Virus record (IMG/VR): IMGVR_UViG_3300008259_000020
Coordinates: 98,991-111,225 of that record
DNA from: a virus
Taxonomy: Duplodnaviria > Heunggongvirae > Uroviricota > Caudoviricetes
Reading direction: 5' to 3' (one strand)
Length of the DNA: 12,235 nt
In this document: in pieces, positions 1 to 7,405 of the stretch
How the letters are laid out: every line of letters begins with the position of its first letter
How positions within the stretch are numbered: position 1 is the stretch's first letter
Program-made: the position numbers and the translations under genes
Notes under the pieces: generated by a model
The model's database searches: none
Told to the model about the DNA's origin: nothing
The model's input: only the letters and a program-made list of their open reading frames with translations

Positions 1-256
1 CCCAAACTTCTGCACCTTGTGTTACTGCACTACTCAAACTGCTAAAGTTATCTGCTGGCTCTCGTTGCCCGGTTTTGTCTGTGAAACTGTAAACACCGAT
101 AGTCATCTTAGGTCCATTTAGTGCAGGAACATTTGCAAGTTCTACACGCAAGGGATTATCTTGAATTCTCGGTTCTTCTATGATTTCACTGGCTTGTTCT
201 TCTATCGACACACATCCAGTTAGAAATAACAATCCTACTAATGCTGCTTTAATCAA
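1..256 (-). CDS. csgG: CsgG-like curli secretion channel lipoprotein (N-terminal part; runs off window)
   Basis: Not in ORF track. Manual translation from TTG at 256: MIKAALVGLLFLTGCVSIEEQASEIIEEPRIQDNPLRVELANVPALNGPKMTIGVYSFTDKTGQREPADNFSSLSSAVTQGAEVW. It has a lipobox (LTGC) and a CsgG-type 'VYSFTDKTGQR..SSAVTQGA' motif. The start overlaps the csgF stop (TTGA) and has GGAG upstream. Confidence 0.85.
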   Translation of the reverse strand, partial: MIKAALVGLLFLTGCVSIEEQASEIIEEPRIQDNPLRVELANVPALNGPKMTIGVYSFTDKTGQREPADNFSSLSSAVTQGAEVW

Positions 257-717
257 AAGTTAAACTCCCCTGCGCCAGGTATAGTAATAGTGGTTGTTCC
301 TTCATCGCTTACAACCTCCAAAGTAATACTACCGGTAACAGTGTCTTTGCTCCAACTAATAGTACTGCCTTCTATTTCAGTTGTACCACTGGTCGGACAA
401 GTTGCTCCTGTTTCATCAGCACAAGACTCGAACATAGCATCCACCATCTGCTTGGATAGTGTAGCATATATTCTACTTTCTATGTTGCGTAAAAATTTGT
501 TGAGTGTTGAGTTTTCTAATTCTCGCTCTATGCGTTCTTGTTCAGCAGCAATAGCATCGTCAATATCTTTTTGTCTATTGAACCCTAGTTGTTCAATACC
601 CAACACATGATTACTATACCCTTCACCGCTAAAACTTGGATTTTTAAATGTATGAACTAATTCTGCATTTGCAAATGTCGGTAATAGCATCAACATGACT
701 ATCGAGATTTTTTTCAT
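253..717 (-). CDS. csgF: CsgF-like curli assembly protein
   Basis: Signal peptide (MKKISIVMLMLLPTFANA) followed by ELVHTFKNPSFSG, resembling the CsgF N-terminal 'F.NPSFGG' motif. GGAGG RBS; directly upstream of csgG. Confidence 0.8.
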   Translation of the reverse strand: MKKISIVMLMLLPTFANAELVHTFKNPSFSGEGYSNHVLGIEQLGFNRQKDIDDAIAAEQERIERELENSTLNKFLRNIESRIYATLSKQMVDAMFESCADETGATCPTSGTTEIEGSTISWSKDTVTGSITLEVVSDEGTTTITIPGAGEFNF

Positions 718-738
718 TAAGACAGCGCCTCCACTATA

Positions 739-744
739 TATTTA
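739..744 (-). promoter_or_regulatory. TAAATA late-promoter-like box upstream of csgF
   Basis: Minus strand reads GTAAATATATAGTGGAGG before csgF; resembles the T4 late promoter TATAAATA. Confidence 0.55.
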
Positions 745-790
745 CTGTAAGAGGCAAAAAAATTTTGTAGTCGTATTATAGATCGGGTAA

Positions 791-796
791 TAAATA
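791..796 (+). promoter_or_regulatory. TAAATA late-promoter-like box upstream of the Cys/His-rich peptide
   Basis: TAAATA followed by the GAGGAG RBS (804-809) and GTG at 816; divergent from the box at 739-744. Confidence 0.55.
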
Positions 797-815
797 CCGT
801 ATAGAGGAGAATGTT

Positions 816-938
816 GTGAAAGCACCTAAACCTAAATGCAAAAATTGCGGACACGAATGTCACTGTCACGAAGACTGCAAACATTGTCGTAACGATGTTT
901 GCCACAGGTGCGAACACGACGAGAAGGCAGTAAAATAA
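816..938 (+). CDS. 40-aa Cys/His-rich metallothionein-like (metal-binding) peptide
   Basis: Manual translation: MKAPKPKCKNCGHECHCHEDCKHCRNDVCHRCEHDEKAVK* (8 Cys, 6 His). GAGGAG lies 6 nt before the GTG, with TAAATA upstream. The stop abuts the stop of the convergent gene at 939. Confidence 0.75.
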   Translation: MKAPKPKCKNCGHECHCHEDCKHCRNDVCHRCEHDEKAVK

Positions 939-2408
939 TTAAGTTACGCTGAAACTTAATTTGGCTTTGCCAGGATCTGTAGAACTTGCTTTACTATAAA
1001 GTTCTATTTTACCTGTGGCCATTTCTTTATTTGGCCACAATACATCAAATGTAAGTTTGCCGTTTTTGGGTCTAGCAAAAATTTGAATAAAGTTTTTTTG
1101 CAATATTTCTCTTGCCATTGGTTCAAAATTTGGTAATGCATTATTTTTATTTACTGCTTCAATTATTGCTTTAGTAAACAAATAATGAATTATACCTCCC
1201 GGAGTGGCTTCGAGTTTAATTCTTTCAAAGTTTGATCGTCCAACAATTTTTCTAAATTTATCAGATAATTCACTTACATCTCTCTTGTTGTAAAGGCGAC
1301 TGTTAGTAAATTGTTTTATTAGTGCTAGATCTTCGGTTGTAATCGGTAAGGCTTGTCTAAACAATGGATCAATTGCATCTGGATTATATTCAAAAATTTT
1401 ATTCAACCCTAGGAACGGCTGCTTTAATGCATCCGAAGATTGTAAAGTTTTGATTACATCAACTTCTACTCTATATTCGTTGCTTTTTTCTAGATTTTCA
1501 GGAATTTTTAAATTGTTTAAACTAGGTGGAGCGCCCTTGCTGCCGCCCTTGCTGCTGATTAAGATCATATTTCCGGTGTTGGCATTTTCAAAACTACCTA
1601 TGCTATCACCTAGAGCAAAGTTGCTTTGCTGTGGAAAGTTTATATAAATTCCTTCTAAGTTGTTTACACCTAAATGCTCAAACCATTGATCTCTTGTGGG
1701 AAAGTTAGCAATACCTTTAATTAAGGCTAACACACCTAGATATTCTCCTGCATAATCTCTAATTGCAGTTTGAAATTCATCAGGAACGTTGTTTAGACTT
1801 GGAAACTTTCCTGCTTGAATTTCTTTTGCCATTTCGATAATATACTTTCCGATATCAGATTGTGACAAAGTTTTATTTTGTGTTACTTCATTGAAAACCT
1901 GTGACGCAGGAAATCTCTCGTCATTAAAAATTTGACTGGGTTTAATTTGATACTTTTCTTTATCGGATACACTTTTTCCAGCGGCTAGTTTTATTTCATC
2001 TGATTTAAACAGTGTACTAACTAGAACAGAAATTTTTCTAGCTTTAAGTTCCTGTTGTGCAGGTTGACTTGCGTTAGGAATGTTTGCGTCTGCGATCTGC
2101 ATAAGTGTAATAGGAACCTGTTTTTTTAGTTCTGCTTGAACCTGTTCAGGAGCTAGGTCCTTTAGAGATTGAAGATACGCATCACTTATTTTTTGATCCG
2201 TATTTTGGACCATATAACCAACTATTTTATCTTGTCTAGAAGACACTTGCTGTCCTGGCAAAGGCATCAACGAGCCCTTTTCGCCCGACTTTCCTACTGG
2301 AAATTTGTGATTTGGATCTTTGAGTAATTGGTTTACCGCTGGAAGGTATTTGTCGTCGGTGGGTTTTCCCAGTAGGCCTTCAACTAATTTAAAATCACTA
2401 TAACGCAT
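939..2408 (-). CDS. Hypothetical phage protein, 489 aa; probable virion-internal protein with possible PD-(D/E)xK-like nuclease fold
   Basis: N-terminus MRYSDFKLVE resembles T4-type capsid targeting sequences (T4 IP: MKTYQEFIAE). Preceded by tandem TAAATA boxes. Internal GEYLG...LGDS...ISSKGG pattern. Confidence 0.5.
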   Translation of the reverse strand: MRYSDFKLVEGLLGKPTDDKYLPAVNQLLKDPNHKFPVGKSGEKGSLMPLPGQQVSSRQDKIVGYMVQNTDQKISDAYLQSLKDLAPEQVQAELKKQVPITLMQIADANIPNASQPAQQELKARKISVLVSTLFKSDEIKLAAGKSVSDKEKYQIKPSQIFNDERFPASQVFNEVTQNKTLSQSDIGKYIIEMAKEIQAGKFPSLNNVPDEFQTAIRDYAGEYLGVLALIKGIANFPTRDQWFEHLGVNNLEGIYINFPQQSNFALGDSIGSFENANTGNMILISSKGGSKGAPPSLNNLKIPENLEKSNEYRVEVDVIKTLQSSDALKQPFLGLNKIFEYNPDAIDPLFRQALPITTEDLALIKQFTNSRLYNKRDVSELSDKFRKIVGRSNFERIKLEATPGGIIHYLFTKAIIEAVNKNNALPNFEPMAREILQKNFIQIFARPKNGKLTFDVLWPNKEMATGKIELYSKASSTDPGKAKLSFSVT

Positions 2409-2420
2409 AAATTTATTTCC

Positions 2421-2435
2421 TATTTAGTATATTTA
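2421..2435 (-). promoter_or_regulatory. Two tandem TAAATA late-promoter-like boxes
   Basis: Minus strand GAATAAATATACTAAATAGGAAATAAATTTATG; boxes at 2430-2435 (overlapping the pcyX stop) and 2421-2426. Confidence 0.6.
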
Positions 2436-3116
2436 TTCAATGTCTGGAAACAAACATTCTTGTACGAATGCTCTTACATCTTCTTCGTTGAGCCCTAATG
2501 CTGTCATAGTACGTGGTGTATGTGGATTTTGTTTTTGATAATATGCATAGCGATTTTGTGCAGTCTTACCCAATTCTGCTGTGCAAGTGCCTGCATACTT
2601 TTGTATTTCAGTACCGTAATCTTCTAGATTAGCCCACGACAATTGTAGAAGTTTAAGCAGTTCTTCTTCGGTGTTAACATTGCCCACTGCCAACATGTGT
2701 TTGCTAAAAATTGCCTGCGCCCATTCAGGTAACTCGCGTTCTTTCTTCCAAGAGTGATCTTTTAGAACATCACCAAACTGTTCAATCATAGCATGGTTGT
2801 TGTCGACAGTAGGAGATAGATCGTGAAAGAATCCAGTGACTTTGTTTTTGCCTGCAATTACATCAAGCCCGTAGATTGGTCCAGAATTGTCCAGGTGTGG
2901 AAAAATACAAAAGTGCATCATCCAGAGACCTTTTGTTTCTCTGGCATCGACTACATCTAGATGTATGCGTCTTGCCCAGCCACTTTCCCAAACAAGATTG
3001 ATCCAGCCGGGTTGATTGAATCTGTCCATCCCAGGTTCATTAACACGTTCTGCGACTGAGTCTAAGTTATCAACAACTTCTTCTTGCCAGTCAATTAAGT
3101 AATTCCATACTGTCAT
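2433..3116 (-). CDS. pcyX: Ferredoxin-dependent bilin reductase, PcyX/PcyA family (PcyX-type)
   Basis: Motifs RRIHLD, LWMMHFCIFP, YGLDVIAG, FHDLSP, ERELPEWA.IFS and YQKQNPHT. His68 and Asp85 show the PcyA His88/Asp105 spacing, and Asp54 replaces PcyA Glu76 as in PcyX. The start is probably the second Met (3116), which forms an ATGA overlap with the upstream stop. Confidence 0.88.
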   Translation of the reverse strand: MTVWNYLIDWQEEVVDNLDSVAERVNEPGMDRFNQPGWINLVWESGWARRIHLDVVDARETKGLWMMHFCIFPHLDNSGPIYGLDVIAGKNKVTGFFHDLSPTVDNNHAMIEQFGDVLKDHSWKKERELPEWAQAIFSKHMLAVGNVNTEEELLKLLQLSWANLEDYGTEIQKYAGTCTAELGKTAQNRYAYYQKQNPHTPRTMTALGLNEEDVRAFVQECLFPDIE

Positions 3117-4285
3117 CTGATATCCCAATAATAATAAATTATACTTTTTTTTCCGTTTACAACGTCTTCTACAGTAGATACCTCAGCATCGGCCCCGAAG
3201 ACATGGCCGAAGTGAAAAAGATCATAAAGTAGAATGTCACAAATTTTATCCCCGTCATTGAATTTTAATTTTTTAATTAGTTGTTTTTGCTCATTTACAA
3301 CACTATTAAATAAAACATTGTAATTGTGATTTACATCGTCGTTTATTCTCTCAAAATCTAAATTTTTCCAGTTTTCTCTTATATGACAAATGTTTTTAAA
3401 TGCTGCTTCGAATCGATGTTCGTTGGAAGTTATGTTGTCATAATTTATTGGAAAACAATATTCAAATGTTTTAAATCCTTGAGATCTTAAGTGTTCTTCT
3501 GATCCGGGTTGACCAAACAATATAAACGGATGTCTATTTATTATGGCTCTATATGTTTTTTCAGTAATCCATAAGACAGATCTGTTTGCTCCTGTTTCGG
3601 AAATTAGTGACCATGAAGTATCCGAATATAGATTCTGACTGTAGGGAAATCCATCATAACTAAAAAGATTTCCGTACTGTGAAACTTTGATGTTGTCTGG
3701 ATTTCTTGAAGCAGAAGAAACAAAGTGTTGCAATTCGCCATTGTTGATATTTAAAAATCTCTTAATATCTACTGCATATTCTTTATAATAAAAGAAACTC
3801 CATTCCATGTCAATTTCATTTAACAAGTTATTATCTAATAAAAATTTTAATGGTATTAGTCTTTGAGGCTTATGCGCTTTTCCTGTAAGTAACAATCCTC
3901 TAAACTTGGATTTATCCCATTTTTTTGCTGTTTGTTGATTGTTGATGGTTGTTGCATGTACTGTCTTGCTTTGGAAAAAATTGTATTTTATAATATTTTT
4001 TGGAAGATCATCTTGATCATCTGCACATACACTATATAAAATAAAAAAATCTACATTGTAATTTTTGAGTTTGTTTTTAAAAAAGTTGTGTAAAAAGTTT
4101 AAATCTTTAACAAATGTTATTTCCCACATATGATTTAAAACAAATACAATTTGTTCATTTATTCCACGAGACTTTATGTTTTTTAAAAATATTTGCATGT
4201 CAGAAAAGCATTCTTCATATTGTGGTGCATCATCCATTACATCACTAAAGTACGGTAATCTAACATGAACAAAAAGTTTACTCAT
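3113..4285 (-). CDS. Putative glycosyltransferase-like protein (GT-B-like C-terminal domain), 390 aa
   Basis: C-terminal 'LISET....WITEKTYRAIINRHPFILFGQPGSEEHLRSQGFKTF....YD' resembles the sugar-nucleotide-binding half of GT-B enzymes common in large marine phages. Markedly AT-richer than its neighbours. Confidence 0.5.
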   Translation of the reverse strand: MSKLFVHVRLPYFSDVMDDAPQYEECFSDMQIFLKNIKSRGINEQIVFVLNHMWEITFVKDLNFLHNFFKNKLKNYNVDFFILYSVCADDQDDLPKNIIKYNFFQSKTVHATTINNQQTAKKWDKSKFRGLLLTGKAHKPQRLIPLKFLLDNNLLNEIDMEWSFFYYKEYAVDIKRFLNINNGELQHFVSSASRNPDNIKVSQYGNLFSYDGFPYSQNLYSDTSWSLISETGANRSVLWITEKTYRAIINRHPFILFGQPGSEEHLRSQGFKTFEYCFPINYDNITSNEHRFEAAFKNICHIRENWKNLDFERINDDVNHNYNVLFNSVVNEQKQLIKKLKFNDGDKICDILLYDLFHFGHVFGADAEVSTVEDVVNGKKSIIYYYWDIR

Positions 4286-4805
4286 CTAACTCAACAAACA
4301 ACTGCATTGCAAATTCAAAACAACGATTTGCTTCCTCTGCCATTGAGTCGTTTAACATAGATCTAACAGTTGCTTTGAGTTCTTCTACGTTATCAAAATC
4401 GTACATGGTGCCCGAACCAGGATTGCGTTTTCTAATCATTTGCCCGCCGTACATATCGCCAAAATGACGAACATATATGTGTGCAAGTATTCCTTGCCTG
4501 TCTAAAGTTATAACATGACGTTCATATTCACGTACAACCGGCATCAGTAGTGCAGATGTTGTGCCGATAGCATATTCTTTTTCAATTTCTCTAAGATCGG
4601 CGTAGATTCGTTCTGCTCTGTTTATACTCTTGAGTTCGGGTACTAATGATTTAGCAGCATCTTCCAGTATTGAATAAATCATATATTGATTGTAGAGATA
4701 TTTGTGATACTCTTCAGGGGTTAGACCTTTAAGTAGTTTGCAAGCGAACTCAGTACGCTCTGCTCGTTGATGTACTTCCCAAGTGAGTTCTTTTAGTTTG
4801 CTCAT
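4278..4805 (-). CDS. hemO: Heme oxygenase (phage HemO/Ho1 type)
   Basis: Proximal His in 'TWEVHQRAE', 'Y..YLYNQY.IY..LE', and distal helix 'HIYVRHFGDMYGGQMI'. Located near pcyX. Confidence 0.9.
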   Translation of the reverse strand: MSKLKELTWEVHQRAERTEFACKLLKGLTPEEYHKYLYNQYMIYSILEDAAKSLVPELKSINRAERIYADLREIEKEYAIGTTSALLMPVVREYERHVITLDRQGILAHIYVRHFGDMYGGQMIRKRNPGSGTMYDFDNVEELKATVRSMLNDSMAEEANRCFEFAMQLFVELDE

Positions 4806-5110
4806 AGTTCCTCTTCAACTCTAATGCGTAGAGGAAATCCGTTGTCTCTGCATAGGCTAGTTGCTTCGAGAGATTTTTGTTCTGCAATTTCGTAACTATA
4901 AACACCTACTACTCCACTACCTTCTTCGTGAATTTTCATTGTTAGTGTTTGTGCAGTGTTTTCAGAATGTTTAAATAGTTCGATCAATAAACTAACAACA
5001 AACTCCATTGGTGTTTTGTCATCGTTTAGAAAAATAACTTTGTATAAACTAGGTTCTTTAACTTCTACTTTAATTTTTTCATCAATTTTTATGTCAACTG
5101 CGGTGCTCAT
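4802..5110 (-). CDS. clpS: ATP-dependent Clp protease adaptor ClpS
   Basis: Motifs 'PSLYKVIFLNDDKTPMEFVV', 'TMKIHEEGSGVVGVYSYEIAEQK' and 'FPLRIRVE'. Confidence 0.95.
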   Translation of the reverse strand: MSTAVDIKIDEKIKVEVKEPSLYKVIFLNDDKTPMEFVVSLLIELFKHSENTAQTLTMKIHEEGSGVVGVYSYEIAEQKSLEATSLCRDNGFPLRIRVEEEL

Positions 5111-5129
5111 ATTTCTTTCCTTTGTTGAT

Positions 5130-5150
5130 GGGGGAGCTCATCACTCCCCC
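5130..5150. other. Perfect 7-bp GC-rich hairpin between hsp20 and clpS
   Basis: GGGGGAG-ctcatca-CTCCCCC. No U-tract follows on the sense (minus) strand, so it may be a processing or stability stem rather than an intrinsic terminator. Confidence 0.6.
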
Positions 5151-5158
5151 TAGACTTT

Positions 5159-5608
5159 TTAGCCTTGAATTAGATTTGGTATTTCAATAGCAATCTTCTT
5201 AGGCTGCAATGCTTCTGGAACATTTCGCACTAGATGAATGTTTAACATACCAAGTTCGAGTGTTGCATTGGCAACTTCGACATGCTCGGCTAGTGTAAAG
5301 GCTCTACGGAATACGCGACCAGCAATTCCTTTGTGTAGATACTTTACTTCCTCGTCACCCTTTGGTGGTGTACCCTCAACAGTCAACGTGTTCTTATCAA
5401 GAACAATGTCGAGGTTGTCCATACCAAATCCCGCAACTGCAATAGAGATCATCCATTCGTTCTCATTGATTTCTGCAACGTTGTATGGAGGATAGTTACT
5501 TGTGCTTTGTGAGTTAGCAAATTGACGTTCTAAATCATGAAAGATTCTATCAAAGCCAACTGTGGCACGGTGAAATGAAGGTAAGTCTAGAGTTGTAAGT
5601 CTTGTCAT
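5159..5608 (-). CDS. ibpA: Small heat shock protein (Hsp20/IbpA family)
   Basis: Motifs 'YPPYNV', 'IAVAGF', 'YLHKGIAGRVFRRAFTLAEHVEV..A.LELGML.I.L...VPE...PKKIAI'. Confidence 0.95.
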   Translation of the reverse strand: MTRLTTLDLPSFHRATVGFDRIFHDLERQFANSQSTSNYPPYNVAEINENEWMISIAVAGFGMDNLDIVLDKNTLTVEGTPPKGDEEVKYLHKGIAGRVFRRAFTLAEHVEVANATLELGMLNIHLVRNVPEALQPKKIAIEIPNLIQG

Positions 5609-5657
5609 TTTTTATCTCCTTTTAAAGCAAGATCTTCTGGAACCCAAGTGGCGTTCC
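5609..5657 (-). promoter_or_regulatory. ROSE-like RNA thermometer leader of the sHSP gene
   Basis: Hairpin GGAACGCC-actt-GGGTTCC (5639-5657), then ATCTTGCT-ttaaa-AGGAGAT (5614-5633). The UUGCU motif pairs with the Shine-Dalgarno and leaves a bulged G, the ROSE hallmark. Confidence 0.7.
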
Positions 5658-5661
5658 ACTT

Positions 5662-6786
5662 TTATTTACCATTGTTCGCATACACACCGTTAAATTGTTG
5701 TGTTACACGAACAAAGGTTGTGCATTTGCTAAGTTGTTTTAATGTCTTAGCGCCTGCATATGTGCAGGTAGATCTAATACCGCCAAGCAGTTCCTGTACT
5801 GTGTTGTTCACAGGACCTCTGTAAGGCACTAACACCTCCCTGCCTTCTGACGCTCGATAATCTTTCAAGCCGCCAAAATGTTTGTCGTTTGCTGCTTTAC
5901 TGCTCATACCATAGAACTTGACAAACCGTTTTTCTTCTACAACAAGATTTACACCATCGTGCTGTAGTTGATTTGTTCGGTAGTATTTGGCAATGACTTC
6001 ACCACCGCCTTCATCATGTCCGGCCAGCATCCCGCCCAGCATCACAAAGTCAGCACCAGCAGCAAAGGCTTTAGCAACATCGCCAGGGCAAGTACAACCG
6101 CCATCGGCAATAACATGACCACCAAGACCATGAGCAGCATCCGCACACTCGATGATGGCGGATAGTTGGGGATAGCCGACCCCAGTTTGTATACGAGTAG
6201 TACAAACACTGCCAGGACCAATGCCGACTTTAACAATATCTGCTCCAGCAAGAATTAATTCCTCTGTCATTTCGCCAGTAACAACATTACCAGCAATGAT
6301 TACAATATGTGGATAACGTTCGCGAATATTTCGTACATGATTTACAAATGTTTCTGTGTAACCATTTGCAACGTCAATACACAGATACTTTAGTTGTTCG
6401 CTAACATTAAGATAAACCTTGCAAAATTTGTCGTAGTCTGCATTGCTAACGCCAATGCTCATAGCAACATGTTCAGTACGAATGCTGTTGCCTTTAAAGA
6501 AATCTATAAGTTCTTGAGCACTGTATGTTTTAACAAGGCAAGTAAATGTACCGGATTTTGCTAGTGTGTCAGCCATGTCAAATGTGCCAACACCGTCCAT
6601 GTTAGCGGCCATAATAGGAACGCCACGATAGTGGTAATCTTCGATGTTATCTGGAAATCTCGGAACGTAATTTCTAAAACTAAATCTACGTTCTAGGTCT
6701 ACTTCACTACGACTGCCTAGTGTGCTTCTTTTAGGACGAATAAGAACGTCCTTATAATCTAATTTAACGTCGGTTTCTAACCGCAT
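5662..6786 (-). CDS. guaC: GMP reductase
   Basis: Motifs '[23 protein letters not shown]', '[11 protein letters not shown]', 'DVANGY', catalytic loop '[13 protein letters not shown]', 'FYGMSS' and 'YRASEG'. Confidence 0.95.
   Translation of the reverse strand: MRLETDVKLDYKDVLIRPKRSTLGSRSEVDLERRFSFRNYVPRFPDNIEDYHYRGVPIMAANMDGVGTFDMADTLAKSGTFTCLVKTYSAQELIDFFKGNSIRTEHVAMSIGVSNADYDKFCKVYLNVSEQLKYLCIDVANGYTETFVNHVRNIRERYPHIVIIAGNVVTGEMTEELILAGADIVKVGIGPGSVCTTRIQTGVGYPQLSAIIECADAAHGLGGHVIADGGCTCPGDVAKAFAAGADFVMLGGMLAGHDEGGGEVIAKYYRTNQLQHDGVNLVVEEKRFVKFYGMSSKAANDKHFGGLKDYRASEGREVLVPYRGPVNNTVQELLGGIRSTCTYAGAKTLKQLSKCTTFVRVTQQFNGVYANNGK
5663..5668 (-). promoter_or_regulatory. TAAATA box overlapping the guaC stop, upstream of the sHSP leader
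   Basis: GGT AAA TAA: the last codon and stop of guaC form TAAATA immediately before the first leader hairpin. Confidence 0.45.
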
Positions 6787-6795
6787 GTTTGTATA

Positions 6796-7023
6796 TCAAA
6801 CCTCTCGGTTTGCTTGTGCTTTTTTATAGCGGCGCTTTGCGGCTTCTTTTGCTTTGCGACGCTTGGTGCCTTTGCTTTCAAAGGCTTCGCGATTACGGAG
6901 TTCTTGAAAAATGCCATCATCGGCTAATTTCTTTTTAAGTTTACGCAATGCTTTTGAAATATCATTGCCATAGACCTCAACTCGAAATCCTTTTGCACTG
7001 TCAGTAGATTGATGTTTACTCAT
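6796..7023 (-). CDS. rpsU: Ribosomal protein bS21
   Basis: 75 aa and basic; 'V.V..NDISKALRKLKKK...GIFQELRNREAFE.K..KRRKAKEAAKRR' is the bS21 pattern. Confidence 0.88.
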   Translation of the reverse strand: MSKHQSTDSAKGFRVEVYGNDISKALRKLKKKLADDGIFQELRNREAFESKGTKRRKAKEAAKRRYKKAQANREV

Positions 7024-7405
7024 TATTTCCTCTGTTTAAAACTGTTTCTAACCAAGACAAATCGTAAATTCTGTTCTTGCTTAATAAATTATATGGTGTA
7101 ATATTGTCACTTGTCAAGTAAAAAGTATTTGGCTGTGCAATAATATAAGATGCGAATTCGTATGTAAATGGTTCTGTACTATCTAAATCTAGAACAACTA
7201 CATCACATCTTTTAACCTGTGCCAATAACCATTCAATATCGTGATCGGCTTTTAATTCGTATAAAAACAAATTAACTGGTTCTACAGCGTTTATTAAAAT
7301 GTTGTTGAGTATAGATTTAAGTTCATCTCTAGGATGTATTACTAATATTGATAATACATCATTGTATAACACATCCGGAGGTGTAATTACAGTAATTTCA
7401 TTCAT
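7016..7405 (-). CDS. Hypothetical protein, 129 aa
   Basis: Open frame overlapping both neighbours by 8 nt. The GAGG at its 3' end serves as the rpsU RBS. No motif recognised. Confidence 0.8.
   Translation of the reverse strand: MNEITVITPPDVLYNDVLSILVIHPRDELKSILNNILINAVEPVNLFLYELKADHDIEWLLAQVKRCDVVVLDLDSTEPFTYEFASYIIAQPNTFYLTSDNITPYNLLSKNRIYDLSWLETVLNRGNNE

Noticed and set aside
717-917. 66-aa minus-strand ORF from the track
   Set aside because: It is the antisense shadow of the Cys/His-rich plus-strand gene, which has the RBS and promoter box.
3117-3128. Extended pcyX start (MGYQ)
   Set aside because: It lies inside the upstream gene; the ATGA overlap at 3113-3116 is the better start.
4271-4805. 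hemO and the GT-like gene both start with MSKL
   Set aside because: Only ~11 nt of similarity; too short to support a duplication or insertion mechanism.
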